A DNA stretch of 59,378 bases, taken from contig JBNGIO010005465.1 in the NCBI GenBank assembly GCA_049999805.1, forward strand, positions 1 to 59,378, read 5' to 3'. This DNA comes from Folioceros fuciformis. Its lineage: Eukaryota. Shown piece after piece: positions 1-10,146 of the stretch. How positions within the stretch are numbered: the stretch's first letter is position 1; each line of letters opens with the position of its first letter. The notes under the pieces were generated by a model. The model was not told the origin of the DNA. It saw nothing but the letters and a program-made list of their open reading frames with translations, and did not search any database. A program made the translations under genes and the position numbers.

Positions 1-1610
1 CCAAGAGGGCAGGCGGCTTGGCGGGTGGTATGGCGGGCTGCACAGGCCGCCGAGTTGGATTCGGGCAAGCGGCCTAGCTGGTCGGCGGGTAGGCGACCTG
101 GCACCGGCACAGGCAGGCAGCCGGCAGGTGACAAGCTGGCTGGCTGGCGGGCCAATCCTTGAGGCCCGGCTAGTTGAGGCGCATCGGGGCCAAACCCTAG
201 TAGGTGGGGAGAGTACTGGCTGCTGGACCTGCTCGCCAGGGTCAAAGTCCAGCACAGGGATGGTTGGGCACAGATGTGTAGGGCCCCATGCTTGCTGCCA
301 GAGCTGAGCGAGGCGGGGTAGGCTGCTGGTCGCGGCTAGCTGGCAGGGGGCTGGGCTGGATCCAGATGGTGGATCCAGGCCAGCTGGCTAGTCGGCTCCA
401 GTCGGCTTGGCTGGATAGGCAACTGGCAAGGCTGCTAAGGAGCAACCAAGCTTGCGGGCTGCCTGCAAGCTGAGGAGCAGCCAGGCCTTGCAAGCAGCCT
501 GGCAGGGGGCTGGCTTAGCAAAGGCCGGCTGCTGAGCAGCAGCCAGGCAACCCAGGAGCCGGCGTGCGACCCAGCAGCCCAGAGGTTGGTGGATCTAGGC
601 AGCCAGGAGGCCGGATCGACAGACAAGCCTAGCTGGGTCAGCGAGGCGGCCTGGCAATGGATCTAAGCTAGCAGCTAGGCAGGCGAATCGAAGTAGAAGC
701 CATTCAAGCTGGGGCCGGATTCAGTCGGCCAGTATTGGATCAAAGGGGGGTGGTTGAGCTGAAGGGGTCGCGGCCGTTTTTTTTTAGATTTCTTGGTAGC
801 TTGCAGGTGACCTGCGGATAGATCCAGCCAGGCAGCAGCCGCCTGGCGCAGGCTGGATGGGAATCGGCTGGGTGGCCTCGAGTCGGGGAGCAGGAGCTGA
901 GCGGGTCGTCAGCGGCCAGCCAGTCGATTGGGCTGGCTGGCTGCAAGCAGCCAGACGACCAGGGGCCGGACCAAAGCAGGACAGCGAAGTCAGTTCGGCC
1001 GGGCTGCTCAACCGGCCGGGCTGGCTGGTTGGTTATGGCAAGATGCTGGGCCGTGCAGCCAGATTAGCGGGCTGTCTGCAAACCGGGGAGTAGTCAGGCC
1101 AGGAAAGCGACCTGGCTGATGGGTGACGACTGAGTCCAGGCGGCCGGGCAGGTGGCATGATCGGACGGGATCAGCCAGGAAGCGGCCTACCTGCAGCTGA
1201 AGATGGCCAAGTAGGCAGCCAGGCCGTTTTGGCAGTGTATGCAGCGGCCGGGCTAGTCGGAGTTGGAGGCCAGATGAGCTGGACCCGGAAGCCAGCCGCC
1301 GGCCTGGCTGCAGGAGCCAAGCCTCCCGGCTAGCTAGCCTGGCTTCTGGGCAGCTGGATTCAGTAGGCAACCAGCCGACCAGGCTGGTTGTCTGGCTGAA
1401 TATGCCAAGCGGTTGGCAGTAGCGGCTGGGGTGGCTGGCCAGTGGACTCGGGTGATTTGGCTGGATCAGGTGGTGGTTGATCGATTGGCGGGCTGGATCT
1501 GGCCATACATCTAATCGATGGGCTGGCCGAATCGGGACCGGAATGGATCAGGTAGCGGCGCTGGATCCACGGGTGTGCCGGACCGGGGCCGGACACACTG
1601 GCTGGCAAGG
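1..1610. repeat. GC-rich low-complexity region built from degenerate GGCTGG/CCAGCC/GCCGGC/GGATC motifs
   Basis: Dense recurrence of gctggc/ccagcc/ggatc motifs on both strands; only short, compositionally biased ORFs. Confidence 0.6.
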
Positions 1611-2097
1611 CAGAGAGCGGGAACTCAAGGAGCTAGGATGTGAAGGAGGTTAGCAGTGGATGAGCAGGAGCAGGAGATCGACAGGCAATTGGAGGCCAGT
1701 AACCAAGAACTGTGAGGAGTATGGATGAGTGGATACACATTCCTAAGAAGGCCGAGATGAGAGGGAAGGTTTCGCTTGTTGAGGGGCAAAGAGAAGTGCG
1801 TGGAGGTGGACGGGATTGTTACCGAAAGTGGTTGAGGGGACTGGATCAGGAAGTGGCGAATTGCAATATCAGGCTAAGGTCCCCGAGGGGCAGGATCATG
1901 AGGAGGAGCTCGTTTACATCGCAACCGGGGGATTGTGGAAGAACATCCTGGAAAACCGCTGTGAAGGCGGCCTTGAGAGTTACGTGGCGAGGGGTTCTCT
2001 CTGAAGAGTTTCTCCTTCGATAAGAATATGAGGGAAAGGCAGCTGCACAGAAGCAATCTGAGACAGTTATCCATGCGTTGATAGATCTCTGCAGAAG

Positions 2098-5000
2098 TTA
2101 AGGGGAGAGTATGTGCCCGGACTGGAAGATGCTCATGCAAGGAAGCTGATGTAGGCCGAAATCGCAGACCGCCGACAAGAGGAAATTATTAAGGAGCAAT
2201 GGAAAGCTAACGAGAGAGGGAGGCTTCTGCTCATCCTGCAAGTTAAATAAATCTACCTTATCATCTGACTCAGGTGGAGATAGTGGAAGAGGTACAGGTG
2301 TAGGAATGATAGGGTTGGGGACTAGTGCAACAGGCATGGCTAGCTATGGTTGAACATTAGGAGGGGGAACAAAGGAAGGATCCACATCAAGAAAATCAAC
2401 TATATCAAGAAAAGAGACTATATCAACTTCAACTTCAGCATCATCAAGAACAGGAAGGTCATTGAACTCACTCACAGGTAATGTTTCTGATCTTTGCCCT
2501 AACACTGACTGCTCATCAAATGTGACTGTTTGTGCATGTATAACTCTACGCGAAGTAGGCTCAAACAGTCTATAGCCATGAATACCTGAAGTGTAGCCAA
2601 TAAAGATGTGCTTCCTGGATTTGAATGCAAATTTTTGACGTAGTTGATCTGGGATATGTGCATATGCTATGCTGCCGAACACCCTCAAGTGAGACAAATC
2701 TGGTTTGGAACTTGTCCAAGCTTCGAAGGGAGTCACACCATGGAGTGACGACACTGCGGTTCTGTTCTGCAGATAAGTTGCTACCTGTACAGCTTCAGCC
2801 CAGAATTTGATTAACAGCCTCCCCTGAAATAGAAGAGTCCTTGCTGCGTCTTGGATGGTGCGATGCCTCCTCTCTGCTCTTCCATTCATATCCGAATGGT
2901 AAGGTATAGTCAACCGTCTTGTAATTCCCCTTTTCTGGCAGTACTCTTGAAATGCATTCGAAAGGTATTCTTTGCCATTGTTAGAACGTATGCTCTTCAA
3001 CTTATAGCCAGTTTGCCTTTCTGCATATGCTAGGTATCGTTTGAAACTCTCAAACACATGACTCTTCTTGTGCAGGAGTTCAGTGATTGTAAATTGTGTC
3101 TTATCATCTTCGAAGACCACAAAGTACCTAGCACCTCCCCATGATGGAGTAGACATGGGACCACAAATATCTGTGTTTACAAGATCCAAGACTTCAATTG
3201 GCTTTCGTGGCTTTCCACTCCCAAAGTGAGATTTAAACTGCTTCCCATGAATACAAGCTACACACAAATCCAGGTCAAGCAAGTCTATCTCATGGAACCC
3301 TAACACCATTTTCTCCTTTAGCAGACGTCTCATTACCTAGATGTTTGGGTGTCCTAGGCGACAATGCCACTTAAAAGCAAGATCTGTCTTGGATTGTAAA
3401 GAGTCAGCTAACTGAGCAGATGCCTTGTGTGGGATAGACACAAAATCAAGCAGATACAAGTTGTACAGAGGGGTTCCTCTAGCTAGCACCACTGAAGGAG
3501 ATGAAAGGGGAGAGATCACACACTCTAACCCTTCAAAGAGAATCCTATACTTACCTGTTTTGCCTAGAGCCATAGTGCTCACTGGATTCTTAGTCAGGGC
3601 TGGGACATACAAGGTGTTTTCTAATTGAAACATCTCTCCACTCTGGAGCATTACGTGTACTATACCACATCCTCTAATAGGCAATTCTGAACTATCTCCT
3701 AACACTGCTGCTGCTGTATGACAGGTTGGTACTGACTCAAAGGAAACAAATGCTGTACGACGTGAACACATATGATTCGAGGCTCCACTATCTAGGAACC
3801 ATCTTTGTGAGTCTAACCTTGTGGAAGACAAACAAGTTACCAGCAACCCTAGTGTGGAGGCTCTGGTTGAATGTGCTTCTGGCTGCTTTCCTTTTATTAC
3901 AACAGTAGCTGTTTCGTCTAACTTCTTCTCGCGACCTTCTTTAATCCAGTGTCCTGGCTTGTGGCAGTAATTGCAAACTCCTGGTTTCTTGCTGCTTGAT
4001 GCATTAGGGTTGGAAGATGACTGGAACGTTTGTCCCCTGCCATGACCAAAGCCACCACGACCTCTGCTTCTGCCTCGACCTCGCCCTCTCCCACTAAAGA
4101 GAGTTGTATCACTCTGCCGGTGAGGATGCCCACTTGAACCTCCTCCTTTCATCAGCTTCCTGTTTAACTCAGCCTGAAGTAGTGCTCCCACTAACTTCTG
4201 CATAGTGAGGCTTGATGTTGCAAGTGTACCCTTTGAGGCTGTGGTGGAGGTTGCTGCCGCCTGCTGACTTGCGCTCCACTGCTCGTAGCTGGGAGGTAAG
4301 GAGCAGAGCAACTGCATAGCTGCTCGTCCTTCATCCAGCACCACACCACAAGCAACTAGTCTTCTCTTGCTGCTCTGAACTTTGCTACATGACTTTCAAC
4401 AGTGTCTAACTCCCGCATTTTCAAACCTTGGAAGTGCTGAGTAGCTGCCATCTCTGTTATGATATCTTTTGATTCGTAAGTATCTAATAGGAGAGTCCAA
4501 ATGTCATTTGCAGATTAAGATAGTTTTAAGTGTGGTACCATCTCTTGAGATACACCAGACATAAGTATGTTCTTGCTTTTCTATCCTTATGTTCCCATTC
4601 TAACTCATCCTTCGTGTTCCACGTTTTTGTTGTTCCTCCAGGAGTTGTTGTGCCGGAGGGCTGCCCAGCAACCCGTTTGGGTTGCGATCCATCAACCAGT
4701 CCCATCAGCAACTTCTCCTCCAATAGGCAACTCATCCAAAAACTCCAAGAATCATAGTTTGATGAGGTTAGCCTGTCCCTTTCTTGGAGACGCTACGACC
4801 TAGCATCAGTCAAAGTCGTTGCCATTGCTACTATCCAACTTCAACAATTCAGAGAGTGGCTGACCCTGCAGCAGGTAACTGGCGTGTTAGGGTGTCCACT
4901 TCTGCAATCAACTGCTTTTGAAAAACCTCCAGGTTCGCAACAGTGATCATATCATCTTGTCGGATCTTTTCGTAACTTGCCATTCGTCTTTCTAGGCACT

Positions 5001-5696
5001 CAATCTTGTGTTGCGAGATCAGCAACTTGCTATGTATATTCATTTCGGAATTTAACAAAATGTCTTCATCCGTAACCGTTTTATGAGCAAAAATTCTCCC
5101 GCGTGCACAGTTCCCTTCCGGCCCACCAATGTGTAGGCTGCTATAATCCTTGGCCCGAGATGATTCGGGTGCTTCTTTTTCTGAAAAATGCTTTATCAAG
5201 AAAGATTGTAAAAACCTCCTCCTACTTGCTTCCTATAGCGGAGTGATAGGTTCTTGGAAATACAACCGCTCAAATTCAGTGAAAAAACAATTTTCCCCTT
5301 GGACTTGAGGAATCTCTCTGACTTAAGAAGCCAAGCGCTCTTCCGAGGCATTTTTATTATGCTTCCTACGCATTGTGGGTTAAGCAAGAAACTCACAAAC
5401 ACACAAGATAATTCATTTCTCTTGAGAAAAATAAATGCACTCAGACTCTAGATGATGAATGGCAAGACCCAAGGATCAAAGCGTTGTGTTCTCATACCAT
5501 GTTCACATTCTTCAACGCTTGCACACAAACATGATCCTCAAAAGCACACACATTCATTGCATAGTGATTGATACAAAAACGCTCATAAAGCATGCCACCG
5601 CCATAACCGCTAAAACAACCAAATGGACTATGTAACCTAACTACGTAACAATGTTGGTAATGTATAGTATTTAAATGACATTAAATACTTTCAACA
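2098..5696 (-). mobile_element. Degenerate, 3'-truncated Ty1/copia LTR retrotransposon (gag, protease, integrase; RT/RNaseH absent)
   Basis: gag starts ~4825 (MATTLTDARS*RLQERDRLTSSNYDSWSFWM); zinc knuckle CNYCHKPGHWIKE; protease WFLDSGASNHM; integrase WHCRLGH...CVACIHGKQ, DLVNTDICGP, NGRAERRHRT, HLRVFGS; stops and frameshifts; nothing RT-like after the integrase linker. Confidence 0.92.
5500..5696 (-). repeat. Putative 5' LTR of copia element 1, with degenerate tRNA-iMet PBS at ~5488-5499
   Basis: Minus strand reads TGTTGAAAG...GTGAACA, followed directly by TGGTATGAGAAC (canonical PBS is TGGTATCAGAGC); no partner LTR found. Confidence 0.55.
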
Positions 5697-6236
5697 AATA
5701 TTAACGAACTAGCCCTACAACTCACCCTACCACCATAAACATCTACTACCTATTAAACTATTCTAAGACCTTGAAGGATGTCGACCTTAGATCTTGTGGA
5801 CACTGCCTCTTTGTTGCTGGATGGGCATATCAAGATGCTTCGGGCATGCCATCCCAGGAGCATGACCATGCTAAGCATGGAATACATCTAAGGGTGCCCA
5901 ATGTTTGACCATGGGAGGGTCGGACATGTTGAGAAGTCTTTTAGACGATAGTCTTTTAGTCTGTACCGCTGACGTAAAGCATTTACTACGTATTTTACGA
6001 GATTATATGTCGTAGATACTAGACAGTTTCGTTTTGTGAGGAAGCGCCGAACCATGGCTACCTACTCTAATAGGATTCTTCTGCGTCTTCTACTCCTTAG
6101 CTAGGCCATATTCGTAATCTTGCGTTCTTTCGTGCTGATGTCGTGCGTTTCCGTTGGCTACAGCGCAGTGATGGTGCCTGCTTTGAGTGCCCTGAGAGAG
6201 TGAGAATCGAGGAAGGGCAGGGCTCGGCAAATCGCC

Positions 6237-8498
6237 ATGGCACCCACCGAGTTCTCATCTTTGCCGATTTCCTCGGGTCCCAGGTCTGTGGCAGCCTTCT
6301 TCGGAGACGATGGCGATTCGCAGCCGCTGTGGTTCAAGAAGGAGGCATTCTTGGCGCCCACGTTCGACAGTGAAGCCTACATTGCAGGGTTGCGGAGGTA
6401 TGTGCCCTTCGACACGCTGAGATCGGAACTGAAGAGCCATCTGGCAGTGCTGAAGAACGAGCTTGTGGAGCTCATCAACCGGGATTATGCCGATTTCGTG
6501 AACTTGAGCACGAAGCTGGTGGATGTTGATGGCGCAGTGCTCCGGATGCGCATGCCTTTCAATGAGCTGAAAGTGAAGTTGCTAGCCGTGAGAGAGAAAG
6601 TGGACGAGTCTCTTGCGGCCCTCCAGGATGGGCTTAAACGGCGCGCAGAAGCTTCCTCATCGAGGGAAATTTTGGAGCTGCTGTTAGATACGTCGCACGT
6701 GGTGTCTAAGGTGGAGAAGCTTTTGCTGGAGCTGCAGAACACGCCTGAGGATGGGCCTCGTGTGTCAGACAGTGAGGAAGTGAGCAATGGGAACGAGGTG
6801 GCCGGGGAGTTAGGTTTCAGTGATCGGAGCCGCCTCTTGGAACGGATTGCTAGTGAGATGAACAGGTTGAAGTTTTATGTGGCTCGAGCGCAGGATCTGC
6901 CTTTTATACAGAATATGGAAAAGCGGATCCATGCCGCGGATGTTTCTCTTGAGGCAAGTTTGCGAGGATGCTTCGTGGGGGGCTTGGAGAGACTTGACAG
7001 GGACATAGTCTACCACTGCCTTCGTGCATATGCTGCACTGGACAACACTTCAGGTGCCGAAGCTGCATACCGGTCAGCTGTTGTTGCACCTGCTGTTCAG
7101 AAGATCATCTCCCCTGATCCGTTGAAGAATGTTGTTGGAGGAGCCGGTGACCTTTTAGAAGAGGGGTTTGAGGAGTTGAAGAAGGTGATCGAGACAGATT
7201 GTAAGTTTCTGTTGGATCTTGCAGCTGTGGCGAATTCTGGTCTACACATGTTTGACTTCCTCAGCAACTCTATTCTGAGGGAGGTTCACTCTGCGATCCA
7301 GAAAGGGAGGCCTGGGGCATTTTCTCCTGGAAAGCCTGTTGAGTTTCTTAAGAACTACAGATCCACCTTACAGTTTTTAGATTTTCTGGAAGGGCAGTAT
7401 TCCTCTCAAGAAGCAGTGGCAGAATTCCGCTCCAAGGATGCGTATAGGGACTTCATGAAGCAGTGGAATGTGAATGTGTATTTCACTCTCAGGCTCCAGG
7501 AAATTGCAGGCACTCTGGAGAAAGCCCTCACCTCAACCTTTGCGGCCTCCCTATTTGGAGCGCAAGCTCCGTACGAAAATGGAGACGTTTCTTTGAGACT
7601 TCAGCCATCCATAGCTCTGTGGGAGTCGTTACAGAGGTGTTTGCACAACGATGTCTATATGCCATCGTTAGCGGACAAATTTCTCCGTGTGGCTTTGCAG
7701 CTTGTTTCGAGATACTCAACTTGGCTGGCCAACGGCCTTGCTGCAAGGAACTCTGCAGCGGGTGATACGACAGGAGGACAATGGGCATCAGGAGCAGCTC
7801 CTGATGATTTCGTGTTAGTGAGAAACGACGTGGAAGGTCTGGTGCGACTGATAAAGGGCCCGTACGTGGACCACATCTTAGAGCTCCTCAGTTCGAGCCC
7901 GGATGAAGTGCTTACAGTCGTTCGGATGAGCATCTTCCAGGGAGCTGAAACTCTCTCTGACTTGGTGCCAGCTCTGACGGATGTGTTAACTGATGCTCTG
8001 GCCGAGCAGTGCATGGAAGCTCTGAAGCAGCTCAAGGGCATTACAGCAACCTACCGAATGACGAACAAGCCTGCACCTGTTCGGCATTCGCCCTATGTAG
8101 CCAGTCTCTTTCAGCCTCTGAAGGCATTCATGGACGGAGAAAGCGCAAAGCTTCTCAAGAGCGGAACACGGGATGAGGTCCTGTATTCAGTGGCTGAGAA
8201 GACCACTGCTCGTTACGATGAAGTAGTCAAAGAGGTTATCACGACGGCAAAAAAAACAGAGGAGTCACTGCGACGTCTGAGAGACAAGGCCAAACAACAA
8301 CAACGAGGAGTGGGGACCGAGACAAGTGACAGCAATGTGTCTGATACCGAGAAGATGTGTGCCCAGCTCTTCCTGGATGTGCAGGAGTATGGCAAACGGC
8401 TTAGGGAAATGAAGGTGTCCGTGGAGCATTTACCCACGTTCGTCAGTCTGTGGGAGAGTGCGGCTCCGGCGGACAGGAAGTTCGACATAGGATTTTAG
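6237..8498 (+). CDS. COG2: Conserved oligomeric Golgi complex subunit 2 (753 aa, intronless)
   Basis: N-terminal LWFKKEAFLAPTFDSEAYIAGLRRYVPFDTLRSEL...LVELINRDYADFVNLSTKL; KQWNVNVYFTLR; GITATYRMTNKPAPVRHSPYV; C-terminal SDTEKMCAQLFLDVQEYG; all typical of plant COG2. Confidence 0.95.
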   Translation: MAPTEFSSLPISSGPRSVAAFFGDDGDSQPLWFKKEAFLAPTFDSEAYIAGLRRYVPFDTLRSELKSHLAVLKNELVELINRDYADFVNLSTKLVDVDGAVLRMRMPFNELKVKLLAVREKVDESLAALQDGLKRRAEASSSREILELLLDTSHVVSKVEKLLLELQNTPEDGPRVSDSEEVSNGNEVAGELGFSDRSRLLERIASEMNRLKFYVARAQDLPFIQNMEKRIHAADVSLEASLRGCFVGGLERLDRDIVYHCLRAYAALDNTSGAEAAYRSAVVAPAVQKIISPDPLKNVVGGAGDLLEEGFEELKKVIETDCKFLLDLAAVANSGLHMFDFLSNSILREVHSAIQKGRPGAFSPGKPVEFLKNYRSTLQFLDFLEGQYSSQEAVAEFRSKDAYRDFMKQWNVNVYFTLRLQEIAGTLEKALTSTFAASLFGAQAPYENGDVSLRLQPSIALWESLQRCLHNDVYMPSLADKFLRVALQLVSRYSTWLANGLAARNSAAGDTTGGQWASGAAPDDFVLVRNDVEGLVRLIKGPYVDHILELLSSSPDEVLTVVRMSIFQGAETLSDLVPALTDVLTDALAEQCMEALKQLKGITATYRMTNKPAPVRHSPYVASLFQPLKAFMDGESAKLLKSGTRDEVLYSVAEKTTARYDEVVKEVITTAKKTEESLRRLRDKAKQQQRGVGTETSDSNVSDTEKMCAQLFLDVQEYGKRLREMKVSVEHLPTFVSLWESAAPADRKFDIGF

Positions 8499-8639
8499 GT
8501 GGTAAGTTCCTAACCATGTAATTACACTTAGTTCAAGTATAGAAAAGCAACCAAGCAAGCAGTTTTCTGCTCCCAGTTCTGCTACTTGCCGAGAACTGTA
8601 CAAGACTTGGAAATGTCTGTGGCATCAGGCGCCCCCTAC

Positions 8640-9770
8640 CTACTCTGGAGACAAGTGTTGATGAACGGCTCGTAAGATGTCTGAGAAGGTGACGATGCCA
8701 AGCAGACGAGCTTGCTCGTCAGTAATCCAGACGTGATGGACCTGCTTGTCCAGAGCCTCAGACATGACCTGAGCTAGGCTAGCTGTTGGCAAGCAGGTGA
8801 CAGGAGGTCTGGGCACAGACGCTCCAGTAGCATCCGCATCGGCCTGATTCTGAGAAGCAGCACCTAGCCCATAGCGCATGGCGATGCGGGATCTGCTAAG
8901 AAAATCCAGCACGCCCATGGAGGACCACATCCGCAGGGCATCAGGCCCGCAACCCCGCAAGTCGGTGGCGGAGAAGGTGCCCACTATCCTCCTCCCGTGG
9001 CCGATGCTGAGACGGGGATCCAGGTTGCAAGCGGGCACGGGCTCCACAATGGCCACTGCCGACAGCTGCGCGTTGCGCATGCATTTGGCGGCGTTGGTTA
9101 CCGTCATGTCGGCAGGGATGGCGAACACCGTCTGCTGCACAGCCCCGGCGTCCGAGACGGTGTGCGAGGAGAGGAAGTCCCCCAGCTCGCCGTTATGCTC
9201 CCACAGGAAGCGCACCACGTCCGTCTGGGTGAGCATATGGTAGCCGGGGGAGAGCTCGGTGCGCTCCAGCCCGCTGGCGTGCCCGTGCGCCTGCTCCGGG
9301 TGGCTGCTGCATACCGGGACCAGCACCCGGTGCACGCCCTTGGACATGGGCTCCATGGCCTCTGCTAGCCTGGTGCTGGGATTGAGTGCCCACAGGTTTA
9401 GCCCCTCCAGCGAGTGCCCGATCACCGTGCTTGCCGGCGTCGACAACCGGCTTTCCACGTCCGGCAGCTCCTCCTCCTCTGTCACATGGATGAAAATGTC
9501 AAACACCGTGGCCATCCCGATGTAATGCTTTCGGGCCGCTCCTGTCGTTCTGTCGGATTCCTCGATTCTGGACCCTCCTGCTCCGATCCATTGGCCCGGG
9601 GGCGCCGCCACCGCCACTGCCACGATGTGGTGGGCGAGCAGCGCATTCAGCGTGTCGCCCACTGTCGCTGTGTACGGAACTTCCACCAGCCTGCTCTTAC
9701 CTTGCACCAATTGCTGCACGGTCGTGCGTTCCAGCAAGCTACCTCTCGCCGACTGCGCCTCCATCTTCAT
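8640..9770 (-). CDS. CBS-domain protein, SnRK1 gamma-like / PV42-like (single exon)
   Basis: RLVEVPYTATVGDTLNALLAHHIVAVAVAAPPGQWIGAGGS, MSKGVHRVLVP, MLTQTDVVRFL, IVGTFSATDLRGC, VHHVWITD...LLGIVTFSDIL; first ATG at 9770. Confidence 0.88.
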   Translation of the reverse strand: MKMEAQSARGSLLERTTVQQLVQGKSRLVEVPYTATVGDTLNALLAHHIVAVAVAAPPGQWIGAGGSRIEESDRTTGAARKHYIGMATVFDIFIHVTEEEELPDVESRLSTPASTVIGHSLEGLNLWALNPSTRLAEAMEPMSKGVHRVLVPVCSSHPEQAHGHASGLERTELSPGYHMLTQTDVVRFLWEHNGELGDFLSSHTVSDAGAVQQTVFAIPADMTVTNAAKCMRNAQLSAVAIVEPVPACNLDPRLSIGHGRRIVGTFSATDLRGCGPDALRMWSSMGVLDFLSRSRIAMRYGLGAASQNQADADATGASVPRPPVTCLPTASLAQVMSEALDKQVHHVWITDEQARLLGIVTFSDILRAVHQHLSPE

Positions 9771-9867
9771 CAAGATACTCGGAACCAAGCCCGCCAAGTG
9801 GAAGAGGCAAAAAACCTCATCTGCCTTGCCTTCCTCTGCTCAGAGACGTGAGCCAAGTGGCAACACC

Positions 9868-9876
9868 GCCACGTGT
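9868..9876 (-). promoter_or_regulatory. ABRE/G-box (ACACGTGGC) ~100 bp upstream of the PV42-like ATG
   Basis: gccacgtgt on + equals canonical YACGTGGC on -; function not demonstrated. Confidence 0.35.
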
Positions 9877-10146
9877 AATGCATTCATTCCATCAAACACC
9901 ATCGGACTCTTTACGCTTATTTAAAGCCTTCCAAGTGGAAAATTTTTAGGACCTTGCTCACAAACTCGGGACAATTACTGTTCAGTTTCACAGGATTGTA
10001 TGACGTGTGTATTCACTGATAAAGTTTTCAGTGTTCCAGTATCAAAAAATAGGATCTCATACAAAATTACAAGTAACATCTGCTCTCGAGTAGGCCAAAT
10101 CTGCGAACCCGATAAATATTTACACCCCTCCAACCGGCCCACATCT

